From assembly GCA_964394935.1 (NCBI GenBank), contig CAYMZN010000004.1, positions 1 through 54,490 on the forward strand: a DNA stretch of 54,490 nucleotides, given 5' to 3'. Below, piece after piece: positions 8,732 to 17,061 of this stretch (positions within the stretch are counted from its first letter, which is position 1; each line of letters opens with the position of its first letter). Under the pieces are notes generated by a model. It saw only the letters and a list, made by a program, of their open reading frames with translations, was not told the DNA's origin and did not search any database. The stretch comes from an uncultured Candidatus Bathyarchaeia archaeon. GTDB lineage: Archaea > Thermoproteota > Bathyarchaeia > 40CM-2-53-6. A program made the position numbers and the translations under genes.

Positions 8732-10525
8732 ATGTGCCAGGACTGGCGATCTCACGTGAGATATGAGCAACTTGCAGAGGTCCTCGAGGGGATCGAGGCA
8801 ACCTCAAAGAGGCTTGAGATGACGGATCTCCTAGTCAAGTTGCTCAAGGAAACTCCAGAGGAGATCGTGGACAAAGTCGTGTATCTAACTCAAGGCAAGC
8901 TGTATCCGGACTACGTGGGCATCGAGCTTGGAATGGCAGAGAAGCTGGTCGAGAAAGCGATATCATTTGCATCCGGTCGCTCTGAAGCCGAAGTTGAATC
9001 GGCGTACAAACGGAGCGGAGACTTGGGACTAACCGCTCAGCAGATGCTCAAGAAGAGAACCCAATCCACCTTGATGAAGAAGCAGCTGACCGTTGAGGCC
9101 GTGTATGAGACCTTCGACAAGATCGCTCGGGCAATTGGCGACGGCTCCGTCGACGCGAAGATCAAACTTCTCTCGAGCCTTCTGAGCGACGCGAATCCTG
9201 AAGAAGCAAAATTCGTAGCCCGAATGGCTCTAGGCAAGCTGAGAGTGGGAATCGCCGACATGACGATCCTTGATGCACTCGCAATAGCCTATGCTGGAGG
9301 AAAGGAGTTCAGGGAGCCATTTGAGAGAGCCTACAACCTGTCGTCTGATTTGGGATACGTCGCAAAGATTGTGGCTTCTCGCGGTGTCGACGGGGTGAAG
9401 GACTTCAAGATATCCGTTGGGCGTCCTATAAGACCCATGTTGTGCGAGCGCCTCTCCTCAGCTCAGGAGATCCTTGCAAAGCTCGAAGGCAAAGCGTCGG
9501 CCGAATACAAGTACGATGGCCTACGCATCCAAGCGCATCTCTCCAAGGAGCGGGTTCAGCTCTTCTCAAGACGGCTAGAAAACATAACGAGTCAGTTCCC
9601 AGATGTCGCCGAAAGTCTGAGAAACGCAGCAGTCGCCGAGCGGGCGATTCTTGAGGGAGAATGCGTTGCAGTCGATCCGAACACAGGCGACATGTTGCCC
9701 TTCCAAGTCGTTTCGCAACGCAGAGGCCGAAAATACGAGATAGAAACAATGGCGGAGGAAGTCCCTGTAACAGTCTTCCTGTTCGATGTTCTGTGTGCCG
9801 AAGGACACGACTTCACCCTGACACCCTACTTGGACCGGAGAAAGGAGCTCATCAAGATCGTCAAAGAGTCAGAACAGGTACGGATCGCCGAGCAATTGCT
9901 GACTGAAGACTCAACCGAGCTTGAACGGTACTTCGACAAGGCTGTGTCTCTGGGCTGCGAGGGGCTTGTTGTCAAGAGCATTGGTGCAGAATCGGTCTAC
10001 CAAGCAGGTGCGCGCGGTTGGCTCTGGATCAAGTATAAGAGATCCTACAAGGCGGAGGTGGCTGATACTTTCGATCTGGTTCCCGTGGGAGCTTTCTACG
10101 GAAGGGGAAAGAGAGCAGGTACATATGGCGCGCTACTGATGGCGGTGTACAACACGGAGAGCGACCAGTTCGAGACAATATCCAAACTAGGGAGCGGGTT
10201 CACAGATGAGGACCTCGCGAAGCTACCCAAGATCCTAGGGCAAGACGTGCTTCCCCACAGGCATCCGAGAGTCACTTCTGAGATGAAAGCGGACGTTTGG
10301 TTCACACCCCAGCGGGTCCTAGAGGTATCAGCGGACGAGATCACTCTCTCACCTCTTCACACATGCGCGCTGAATGCCGTCCGGCGCGGCAGCGGGTTGG
10401 CGCTAAGGTTTCCTAGATTCACAGGGAAATATCGGGACGACAGGTCACCAGAGGACGCGACGACTACCAAGGAGGCTTTGGAGACATATCATAGGCAGCT
10501 GAAGAAGATTGAAGCCGAAGCATAG
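8732..10525 (+). CDS. lig: ATP-dependent DNA ligase
   Basis: The adenylation motif I is EYKYDGLRIQAH (KxDG). Also present are EGLVVKS, LWIKYKRSY and a C-terminal OB domain with RFPRFTGKYRDDRSPEDATT. The ORF track starts at a TTG at 8666. I prefer the ATG at 8732 because of the typical N-terminus ...YEQLAEVLEGIEATSKRLE. Confidence 0.9.
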   Translation: MCQDWRSHVRYEQLAEVLEGIEATSKRLEMTDLLVKLLKETPEEIVDKVVYLTQGKLYPDYVGIELGMAEKLVEKAISFASGRSEAEVESAYKRSGDLGLTAQQMLKKRTQSTLMKKQLTVEAVYETFDKIARAIGDGSVDAKIKLLSSLLSDANPEEAKFVARMALGKLRVGIADMTILDALAIAYAGGKEFREPFERAYNLSSDLGYVAKIVASRGVDGVKDFKISVGRPIRPMLCERLSSAQEILAKLEGKASAEYKYDGLRIQAHLSKERVQLFSRRLENITSQFPDVAESLRNAAVAERAILEGECVAVDPNTGDMLPFQVVSQRRGRKYEIETMAEEVPVTVFLFDVLCAEGHDFTLTPYLDRRKELIKIVKESEQVRIAEQLLTEDSTELERYFDKAVSLGCEGLVVKSIGAESVYQAGARGWLWIKYKRSYKAEVADTFDLVPVGAFYGRGKRAGTYGALLMAVYNTESDQFETISKLGSGFTDEDLAKLPKILGQDVLPHRHPRVTSEMKADVWFTPQRVLEVSADEITLSPLHTCALNAVRRGSGLALRFPRFTGKYRDDRSPEDATTTKEALETYHRQLKKIEAEA

Positions 10526-10570
10526 CTAGGTTGATCCTGCATCACCGCTTTCGAGAATTGTAATGACTCT

Positions 10571-11521
10571 GTGGTTCAGAGAGAATACGCCGGCGTCAAT
10601 GGAGCCGGCCCCGAATATGAAGTGGTCGCAGTGCTTGGAGCAAACACCTTACTCGACAACCTTGAGGCCATTGCAAAGGCTCACGAACTCTGCAATAGAT
10701 ACGGCCTGGATGTGATATCCACCGGAGCTGTCATCGGCTTCGCTCTGGAAGCGGCAGAACACGTCATCCTAACGGATGACCAGACAGAGGAGCTGGATCT
10801 CACTTGGGGGAATGGAAAATCGATCGTGAAGCTGGTTGAGAAGATCGGTCGTCGTGAAGGTCTTGGATACCAACTCGGCGAGGGTGTCATGCGAACCGCG
10901 GCAAGACTCGGGAGAGGCAGCGAAGTGTTTGCGCTCCATGTGAAGGGCCTTGAGCCACCGGCACATGACTCCCGCGCTTACAACAGTCTGGCGGTCGGAT
11001 ATGCGACCGCAAACCGCGGCGCCTGTCATGTCCAAGGGATGTCCTACGCATTTGAGCGGTCAGTGACGATGCCAGAGCTTGGTATATACGAAGTTCAGGA
11101 TAGGTTCGGGGTCATGAACAAGGGGGAACTGGTTGCAAGGGCTCAGGATCTGATGTCGCTCTTCGACTCTCTCAAGCTCTGCAAGTTCATGCTCTATGGC
11201 GGCGTGAAACTGACACATGTCCTGGAATGGTTCAATGGCGTAACAGGTTTGGAAATAGGTCAAGCAGAGTTGATGAAAGCCGGCGAGAGGATCTACAACC
11301 TCAAGCGAATGTACAACATCAGATGCGGTATCACGAGAAAAGACGACATCGTGCCAGCGAGGATGCTTGGAGAGAAACGACAAGAGGGCGGGGCCGCTGA
11401 TAACCTGCCACCATTTGAGGCAATGCTCGACGAATACTATAGATACCGTGGCTGGAATGAGTCTGGGGTGCCGGAAAAAGCGAAGTTGTGGGAACTGGGG
11501 CTTGTGCAGATACTCTCCTAG
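10571..11521 (+). pseudogene. aldehyde:ferredoxin oxidoreductase (AOR family) C-terminal fragment lacking about the first half
   Basis: The 316-aa ORF begins inside the AOR domain 2/3 region (GPEYEVVAVLGANTLLDNLEAIAKAHELCNRYGLDVISTG...). There is an in-frame TGA at 10532-10534. The N-terminal domain and the Cys-rich cluster/pterin-binding region are absent, and the ligase stop is only 45 nt upstream. Confidence 0.75.
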
Positions 11522-11575
11522 ACCACTCGAATTTCGCAATCGGCTTCCGATCGACTAATATTGCCTACTTGCTGA

Positions 11576-12562
11576 GTGAGTGAACGGAAGTCCACTTCTT
11601 TGTCGTCAAAGCAGGTGATCATCGAGGTTCTAGATCGAATCAAAAGTAAGGAGTTTAGAGGCCCAACACGTGTCACGCAGGCAGCGCTCAGAGCTCTAAG
11701 CGAGGCCTCTCGAGAGTCCGGCAGTGGCTCTCCGAAGGAATTCCTAGAAGAGCAATCAGCTTTCGGTGATCTACTCCTTAAGACGCGCCCAACAGCGATT
11801 CTTCTCGCGAACGGGGCTCGGCTAGTCGTCGACGCGATCAAGAAAGGCGCAGGTCAGGGATTGAACGTGCCCGCGCTTCAAGACATCGTATCCGAGACAG
11901 TAGACTCATTTCTTGCTGAGATGCAACAATCCGTCGACCAAATTGGCGAGATCGGAGCCAGAAGGTTACGCAGCGGAGACACAGTCCTTTGCTACGGCTA
12001 CAGCACTTCCGTTCTTTCGATCGTTGCCAAGGCACAGGAGCAGGGAAAGAACCCGAAAGTCGTGGTCAGTGAGGCACGGCCGGAGCTCGAAGGCCGCCTG
12101 ATGGCGAGGGAGTTTCTGAAACTTAATGTGCCGACGACCATGATCATTGACTCGGCCGTATCTTACTTCATGAAGGACGTGGACCGAGTTCTCACCGGAG
12201 CGGACGCCGTAACTGCGAACGGGGCCGTAATCAACAAGATAGGCACCTCCACAATAGCAGCGATTGCTCATTACTCGCGGGTCAATGTGTTTGTCGCGGC
12301 GAGCATCTACAAGTTCAGTCCAGAGACGATATTGGGCGAGCTCGTCGAGATAGAAGAGCTGGACCCCTCCCTTCTGATCCCCAAGGAGATGACGTCACAG
12401 TTCAAAGGGATGCAGATACGCAATCCAGCGTTTGACGTTACTCCCCCAGAGCATATTGACTTGATCTTAACCGAGAGAGGCGTCATCCCTCCGCAGGGAG
12501 CCATTATGATTCTGCGTCAACATGAGGCCGTTTCTCTTGGCTCAAGCGTCCCCAGCATCTAG
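11576..12562 (+). CDS. eIF-2B alpha/beta/delta family protein, divergent paralog A (ribose-1,5-bisphosphate isomerase-like, catalytic-Cys motif not conserved)
   Basis: 328 aa with family motifs TRPTAILLAN and GADAVTANGAVINKIGTS. The THCNS-type motif is replaced by LCYGYS and RGAG by RGPT. Confidence 0.75.
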   Translation: MSERKSTSLSSKQVIIEVLDRIKSKEFRGPTRVTQAALRALSEASRESGSGSPKEFLEEQSAFGDLLLKTRPTAILLANGARLVVDAIKKGAGQGLNVPALQDIVSETVDSFLAEMQQSVDQIGEIGARRLRSGDTVLCYGYSTSVLSIVAKAQEQGKNPKVVVSEARPELEGRLMAREFLKLNVPTTMIIDSAVSYFMKDVDRVLTGADAVTANGAVINKIGTSTIAAIAHYSRVNVFVAASIYKFSPETILGELVEIEELDPSLLIPKEMTSQFKGMQIRNPAFDVTPPEHIDLILTERGVIPPQGAIMILRQHEAVSLGSSVPSI

Positions 12563-12588
12563 GGAAGGAATTCAGCTGGGTTGAGAAG

Positions 12589-13587
12589 ATGTCCACCGTG
12601 CTGATTCCGGCCGAAGTTAGGCAGATCGCGGAAGATATCCGGGAAATGAAGGTCAGAGGCGCTGGAGAATTGGCAAGATCGGCTGTAAAAGCCCTTAAGA
12701 TCGCGTGTGAAAAATCGTCCGCAAAGAACGCCCAGGCCTTCCTTGCTGACATTCGAACAGCCGCTATGGCTTTGCTCGAAACAAGGCCGACGGCAGTCTC
12801 TCTGCCCAACGGGATTCGTTACGTGGTGCACAGATTAAGGCAGGCTGGTCAGCGGACTCAAGACGTTGAACAGCTGCGTCTAGCCGGCGTTAAGTCTGCA
12901 GAAGAATTCATCGCGAACTCAAACACCGCGATCGAGCGGATCGGGGAAATAGGGGCCCGTCGGATCAAGGATGGCGACGTGTTGTTGACTCACTGCAATA
13001 GCTCCGCAGCCATCTCCATCATCAAGACTGCTTGGAAGATGGGTAAGCGGATACACGTCTATGTGACCGAGACGCGCCCCAGATTTCAGGGTAGACTGAC
13101 CGCAGCCGCTTTACTGGAAGACGGAATCCCGGTGACCATGATCATTGACGACGCGGCAAGGTACTTCATGAAAGAAATCGACAAATTCATCATAGGGGCG
13201 GACGCGGTCACAGCCAACGGAGCCGTCGTCAACAAGATCGGCACTTCAATGATTGCCTTGGCCGCGAAAGAATCCAATGTGCGCACATTTGTTGCTGCGG
13301 AGACCTACAAGTTCAGTCCCGAGACGATGATCGGGGAAGTTGTCGCGATCGAGCGGCGTAGCACAGATGAGGTCATAGGAAAAGCCGAGCTCGTGAAATT
13401 GCCGGGCATGGACGTGAAGAACCCGTCATTCGATGTGACGCCGCCGGAATATATTGATCTCATAATCACAGAGAGAGGCATAACCCCACCGCAGGGTGCC
13501 ATTCTGATCTTGCAAGAAGTAATGGGCGCCATCACCCCTGAAGAACTCGAAGAGTATAAGACGTTCACACTCGCCGAAGTCGACTAG
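12589..13587 (+). CDS. ribose-1,5-bisphosphate isomerase (eIF-2B family, paralog B)
   Basis: 332 aa. It carries MKVRGAGELARSA, TRPTAVSLPNGIRYV, LLTHCNSSAA (Cys-containing motif), ETRPRFQG and GADAVTANGAVVNKIGTS. It lies two genes upstream of type III rbcL, with prs between. Confidence 0.75.
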   Translation: MSTVLIPAEVRQIAEDIREMKVRGAGELARSAVKALKIACEKSSAKNAQAFLADIRTAAMALLETRPTAVSLPNGIRYVVHRLRQAGQRTQDVEQLRLAGVKSAEEFIANSNTAIERIGEIGARRIKDGDVLLTHCNSSAAISIIKTAWKMGKRIHVYVTETRPRFQGRLTAAALLEDGIPVTMIIDDAARYFMKEIDKFIIGADAVTANGAVVNKIGTSMIALAAKESNVRTFVAAETYKFSPETMIGEVVAIERRSTDEVIGKAELVKLPGMDVKNPSFDVTPPEYIDLIITERGITPPQGAILILQEVMGAITPEELEEYKTFTLAEVD

Positions 13588-13674
13588 TTGGATGATTGCC
13601 AACTCGGTGACCTAGCTTATGTCACGCCCAAAGCTTATTCGTGCCTTGGTAAAGCTTCGAGGAGAGTGCCTAGA

Positions 13675-14559
13675 TTGAAGATCATCGGAGGAAGTGGTGG
13701 GCAGCTCCTTGCGACTCTTGTCGCCCACCAGCTCAGTTTGAAAACCTCGAGAGTGGAGATTAGGAGGTTCCCCGACGGAGAGAAGTACATTCGCATCGAT
13801 GACGATCTCGCAGGGCAGGATGTCGTCCTAGTTCAATCAATTCACCATGAGCCTGACAACTTTCTGTTTGAATACCTTCTCCTGTGCGACACAGTCAAAG
13901 ACTTGGGGGCCAAGAAGGTAGTGGGTGTGTTTCCGTACTTTGCCTATGCCAGACAGGACAGTCGATTCAACCCTGGAGAGGCTGTGAGTTTCAGAACGGT
14001 GACTAAACTCATCGAGGATGTCGGCACTGCGGAATTGTTTTCGATTGACATGCATCAGCACAGGGTCGAGCGGGCAGGTGACCTGTTCAGAATTCCCGTT
14101 CACAATCTGACGGCCGCTCCGCTCTTGGCCGAGTACGTCAAGGCGAACGTACCACTTCAGAGACCAACGGTGATAGGACCTGACGAGGAATCAGAGCAAT
14201 GGGCACAGGCAGCGGCCAAGGTTATCGGTACAGACCACGATGTCTTGCAGAAGAGGAGACTCGGAGCCGACAAAGTTGAGATAAGGACAAGATCGCTCGA
14301 CGTTCAGGGCAGGGACGTGCTGATCATGGATGACATCATAAGCACAGGAGGGACAATCGTGGAGGCAAGCAAGATTCTGAAGAGCCAAGGTGCTCAACGG
14401 CTGGTTGTCGCATGCACCCACCCCATCCTCGCTCAAGACGCTCTTGCAAAAATCTACGAATCAGGAGCAGAGATCGTGGTGGGAACAGATACAGTTCCAA
14501 GCTCCATCAGCTACGTTTCCGTCGCTCCACTGATCGCTGATGCAATCAGGAAACTCTAG
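13675..14559 (+). CDS. prs: ribose-phosphate pyrophosphokinase (PRPP synthetase family)
   Basis: Motifs are LKIIGGSGG, FPDGEKYIRI, FPYFAYARQD and the PRPP loop VLIMDDIISTGGTIVEA. The start is placed at the TTG at 13675, preceded by GGAGAG (13661-13666). The ORF track extends to the TTG at 13588. Confidence 0.85.
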   Translation: MKIIGGSGGQLLATLVAHQLSLKTSRVEIRRFPDGEKYIRIDDDLAGQDVVLVQSIHHEPDNFLFEYLLLCDTVKDLGAKKVVGVFPYFAYARQDSRFNPGEAVSFRTVTKLIEDVGTAELFSIDMHQHRVERAGDLFRIPVHNLTAAPLLAEYVKANVPLQRPTVIGPDEESEQWAQAAAKVIGTDHDVLQKRRLGADKVEIRTRSLDVQGRDVLIMDDIISTGGTIVEASKILKSQGAQRLVVACTHPILAQDALAKIYESGAEIVVGTDTVPSSISYVSVAPLIADAIRKL

Positions 14560-14652
14560 CCACACGCGCAGCCTGGAGGCCGTCTTGGCTCGTTGCGTTT
14601 AGAGAAGGTTTTTCTCAGCCAGGTCACCCGTACTTCTCGAGTCTGCTGATAA

Positions 14653-15966
14653 TTGCAGAAGTTCCAGGCAGGAGTCAGTCCGTATTCGAAGCGCTACCTA
14701 GAGCTCGGATATGAACCAGAAGAGACCGAGCTCTTGATCGCATTTAGAGTGACGCCACGGCCTGGTACATCGATGGAGGAGGTCGCGTCAGCTGTTGCTG
14801 CTGAGTCGTCTGTGGGAACGTGGACTGAGGTAGAACTTGGAAACGAGGAGAAGTACAACAAGTTCAAGGCAAGGGTCTACCGGATCGAGGGTGATGTTGC
14901 CTACATTTCCTACCCGGTCATCCTCTTCGAAGACGATAGCATACCAAACATACTCAGTAGTGTAGTGGGCAATGTATTCGGCTTCAAAGCCGTGAGTGCC
15001 CTCCGAATCGAGGACATGCGCATCCCGCTGGCACTAGCGAACACCTTCCCGGGTCCCGCGTTTGGCATTGAAGGAGTTCGAAAAATCCTAGGAGTAAGGG
15101 ATCGTCCGATGACTGGCTCCACAATGAAACCGAAGCTAGGCAATAGTCCAAGGGAGCATGCCTACATCGCGTATAACACGCTCCGCGGGGGGATCGACAC
15201 AGTCAAGGATGACGAGAATCTGAACAGTCAAAGTTGGAGCAACTTCTACGAGCGAGCTGACGAGACGCTCAAAGCTGTCGAAAGGGCTGAGAAGGAGACG
15301 GGCGAGAGCAAAGGATGGTGGGCGAACGTCACCGCGGGCAATACCGAGGAGATGCTGAAGCGCTGCGAATACGTCGCAAAGAACGGCGGAAAATTCGTCA
15401 TGGTTGACTACCTGACCGTTGGGTTCGCGGCTACGGCATCACTGAGGAAATGCACTGGAGAGCTGGGCTTGGCCCTGCACTGCCACAGGGCGATGCATGC
15501 AGTCATGGATCGCCAACCGAATCATGGCGTGGAGTTCAAAGTTCTAGCTAAATGGGCCCGTCTGGTGGGGGTAGACCATATCCACACAGGAACAGGCGTT
15601 GGGAAGCTCGAGGGCGAGTTTCAAGATATCAAGGACAGATGCAACCTGCTCCGCAAGAGCTACACCCCGAAGGAGGGCGGCTTGTATTTCGATCAACCGT
15701 GGGGAAACATCAAGACCGTAGTGCCTGTGGCCTCGGGAGGCCTACACCCGGGGCACGTCTGGAAAGTCTACGAAAGCTACGGGAAAGATGCATTCTTTCT
15801 ATTCGGAGGAGGTTGTCACGGACACCCCGGTGGCAGCTACGCCGGCGCAAGTGCCGTCAGAGCTGCAGTCGAGGCCGCTGCGGCGGGGATCGGTCCTGAA
15901 GAAGCAGCCAAGCGAAGTAAGGAGCTGCAGCAAGCCCTCGAACTCTGGGGTGCAGTGCGCTTTTGA
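14653..15966 (+). CDS. rbcL: ribulose-1,5-bisphosphate carboxylase, type III large subunit
   Basis: 437 aa with catalytic signatures intact: GSTMKPKLG, GGIDTVKDDENL (carbamylated Lys plus Asp/Glu), HCHRAMHAV, HIHTGTGVGKLEG and GGGCHGHPGG. No small subunit is nearby. TTG start. Confidence 0.9.
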   Translation: MQKFQAGVSPYSKRYLELGYEPEETELLIAFRVTPRPGTSMEEVASAVAAESSVGTWTEVELGNEEKYNKFKARVYRIEGDVAYISYPVILFEDDSIPNILSSVVGNVFGFKAVSALRIEDMRIPLALANTFPGPAFGIEGVRKILGVRDRPMTGSTMKPKLGNSPREHAYIAYNTLRGGIDTVKDDENLNSQSWSNFYERADETLKAVERAEKETGESKGWWANVTAGNTEEMLKRCEYVAKNGGKFVMVDYLTVGFAATASLRKCTGELGLALHCHRAMHAVMDRQPNHGVEFKVLAKWARLVGVDHIHTGTGVGKLEGEFQDIKDRCNLLRKSYTPKEGGLYFDQPWGNIKTVVPVASGGLHPGHVWKVYESYGKDAFFLFGGGCHGHPGGSYAGASAVRAAVEAAAAGIGPEEAAKRSKELQQALELWGAVRF

Positions 15967-16009
15967 TCCACCTCGCAGTTCTCTGGAACACGCCCGCTAG
16001 CTGGTTGAC

Positions 16010-16552
16010 CTAAGGTCGTAGCCCCTTCAAGGTCTGGCTTGCAAGCTCGAGAGCTTTCTCCACCGCCCTTGCCGGATCGCTTTCTGTTAGAATCCGAACG
16101 CTCTGGCGCTCATCTAGGAACGTTCCCTTTATCCGGTCAGCCACGCCTCCGCTTCCCTCAATTGCGACGATTGGCTTTGCCTTCAAGTATGCAGCGCATG
16201 CCTCGATGAGAGCTCCCGCCCCGCCCGCAATGATCACCACGGCATCAGCACTATGTGCGGTGATGAAGTCTCTGGCCCAACCCATCCCGGTAGCGATGAC
16301 TACGTCGCAGTAGCGATTCGCGTACTGCACCTGGTCCTGAGGAATTATGCCGACGGTGGTTCCGTGATTCTCTTTTGCTCCTTTGCACGCTGCCTCCATT
16401 ACTCCGCCCAACCCGCCGGTCAAGACTACTGCCCCTCGCTTCGCCGCCTCTGCGCCAACTTGGTAGCCTATTTTGCGAGCTTCTTCCGTGCAGTGATCTG
16501 CAGCGGAACCTATCACCAGTAGCTGCAGCCTCTTGCCAGTTTCGTCTTCCAA
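16010..16552 (-). CDS. TIGR00725 / LOG (SLOG) superfamily Rossmann-fold protein
   Basis: 180 aa. VLTGGLGGVMEAACKGA and IIAGGAGALIEA resemble the GGGxGxM and PGGxGTxxE motifs of LOG-type nucleotide phosphoribohydrolases. Confidence 0.7.
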   Translation of the reverse strand: MEDETGKRLQLLVIGSAADHCTEEARKIGYQVGAEAAKRGAVVLTGGLGGVMEAACKGAKENHGTTVGIIPQDQVQYANRYCDVVIATGMGWARDFITAHSADAVVIIAGGAGALIEACAAYLKAKPIVAIEGSGGVADRIKGTFLDERQSVRILTESDPARAVEKALELASQTLKGLRP

Positions 16553-16801
16553 CCTACAGCCACCCCTTCTGCGACTCGATCTCGACGAGCTTCAATAGAG
16601 CCTGTCGAGACTCGATATAGGTTCACCGCACACGAATGAATCCGCAATGAATCTGCTTGCTTCAAAGACACGTTGCGCACCTTGTACTTGTGTCATCGCA
16701 AGGATTCGGAAGAGTGAGTGATGATCGCCAGCTCAACATGAACTCTCTATACGGCAACGTTATGAGAGGTTCATCTGTACCTTCATCGCCGAGTAGAAAC
16801 A

Positions 16802-17044
16802 ATGACCTCCGCCATCGAGACGCCAAAGATTGTCATAGTGGAGGATCTCTGCAAGGGCTGCGGGATCTGCATTGAATTCTGCCCAGCCAAGATACTCAAG
16901 GTCGGCAGCCGTATGACGAAGAAAGGCGTCTTTGCTCCGGAGGTCATTGATCCGTCAAAGTGCACAGCTTGCCGGATCTGTCAGTACTATTGTCCAGATC
17001 TTGCCATATTCGTCGTCGGGGGGTCTAAGGTTTCCCGCTCGTAA
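16802..17044 (+). CDS. korD: 2-oxoacid:ferredoxin oxidoreductase delta subunit (2x[4Fe-4S])
   Basis: 80 aa with two CxxCxxCxxxCP motifs (CKGCGICIEFCP and CTACRICQYYCP). It is first in a four-gene OFOR operon. Confidence 0.8.
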   Translation: MTSAIETPKIVIVEDLCKGCGICIEFCPAKILKVGSRMTKKGVFAPEVIDPSKCTACRICQYYCPDLAIFVVGGSKVSRS

Positions 17045-17061
17045 GACCCGGAACGTACTTC

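Noticed and set aside
11060-11539. 159-aa ORF antisense to the AOR fragment
   Set aside because: The opposite strand carries clear AOR-family sequence. No motif is present here.
16718-16790. GTGATGA (C-box-like) in the LOG/korD intergenic region as a candidate C/D box sRNA. A second GTGATGA lies at 35045-35051.
   Set aside because: No CTGA D/D' boxes or C' box occur at the required 10-12 nt guide spacing, and there is no terminal stem. These are probably chance matches.
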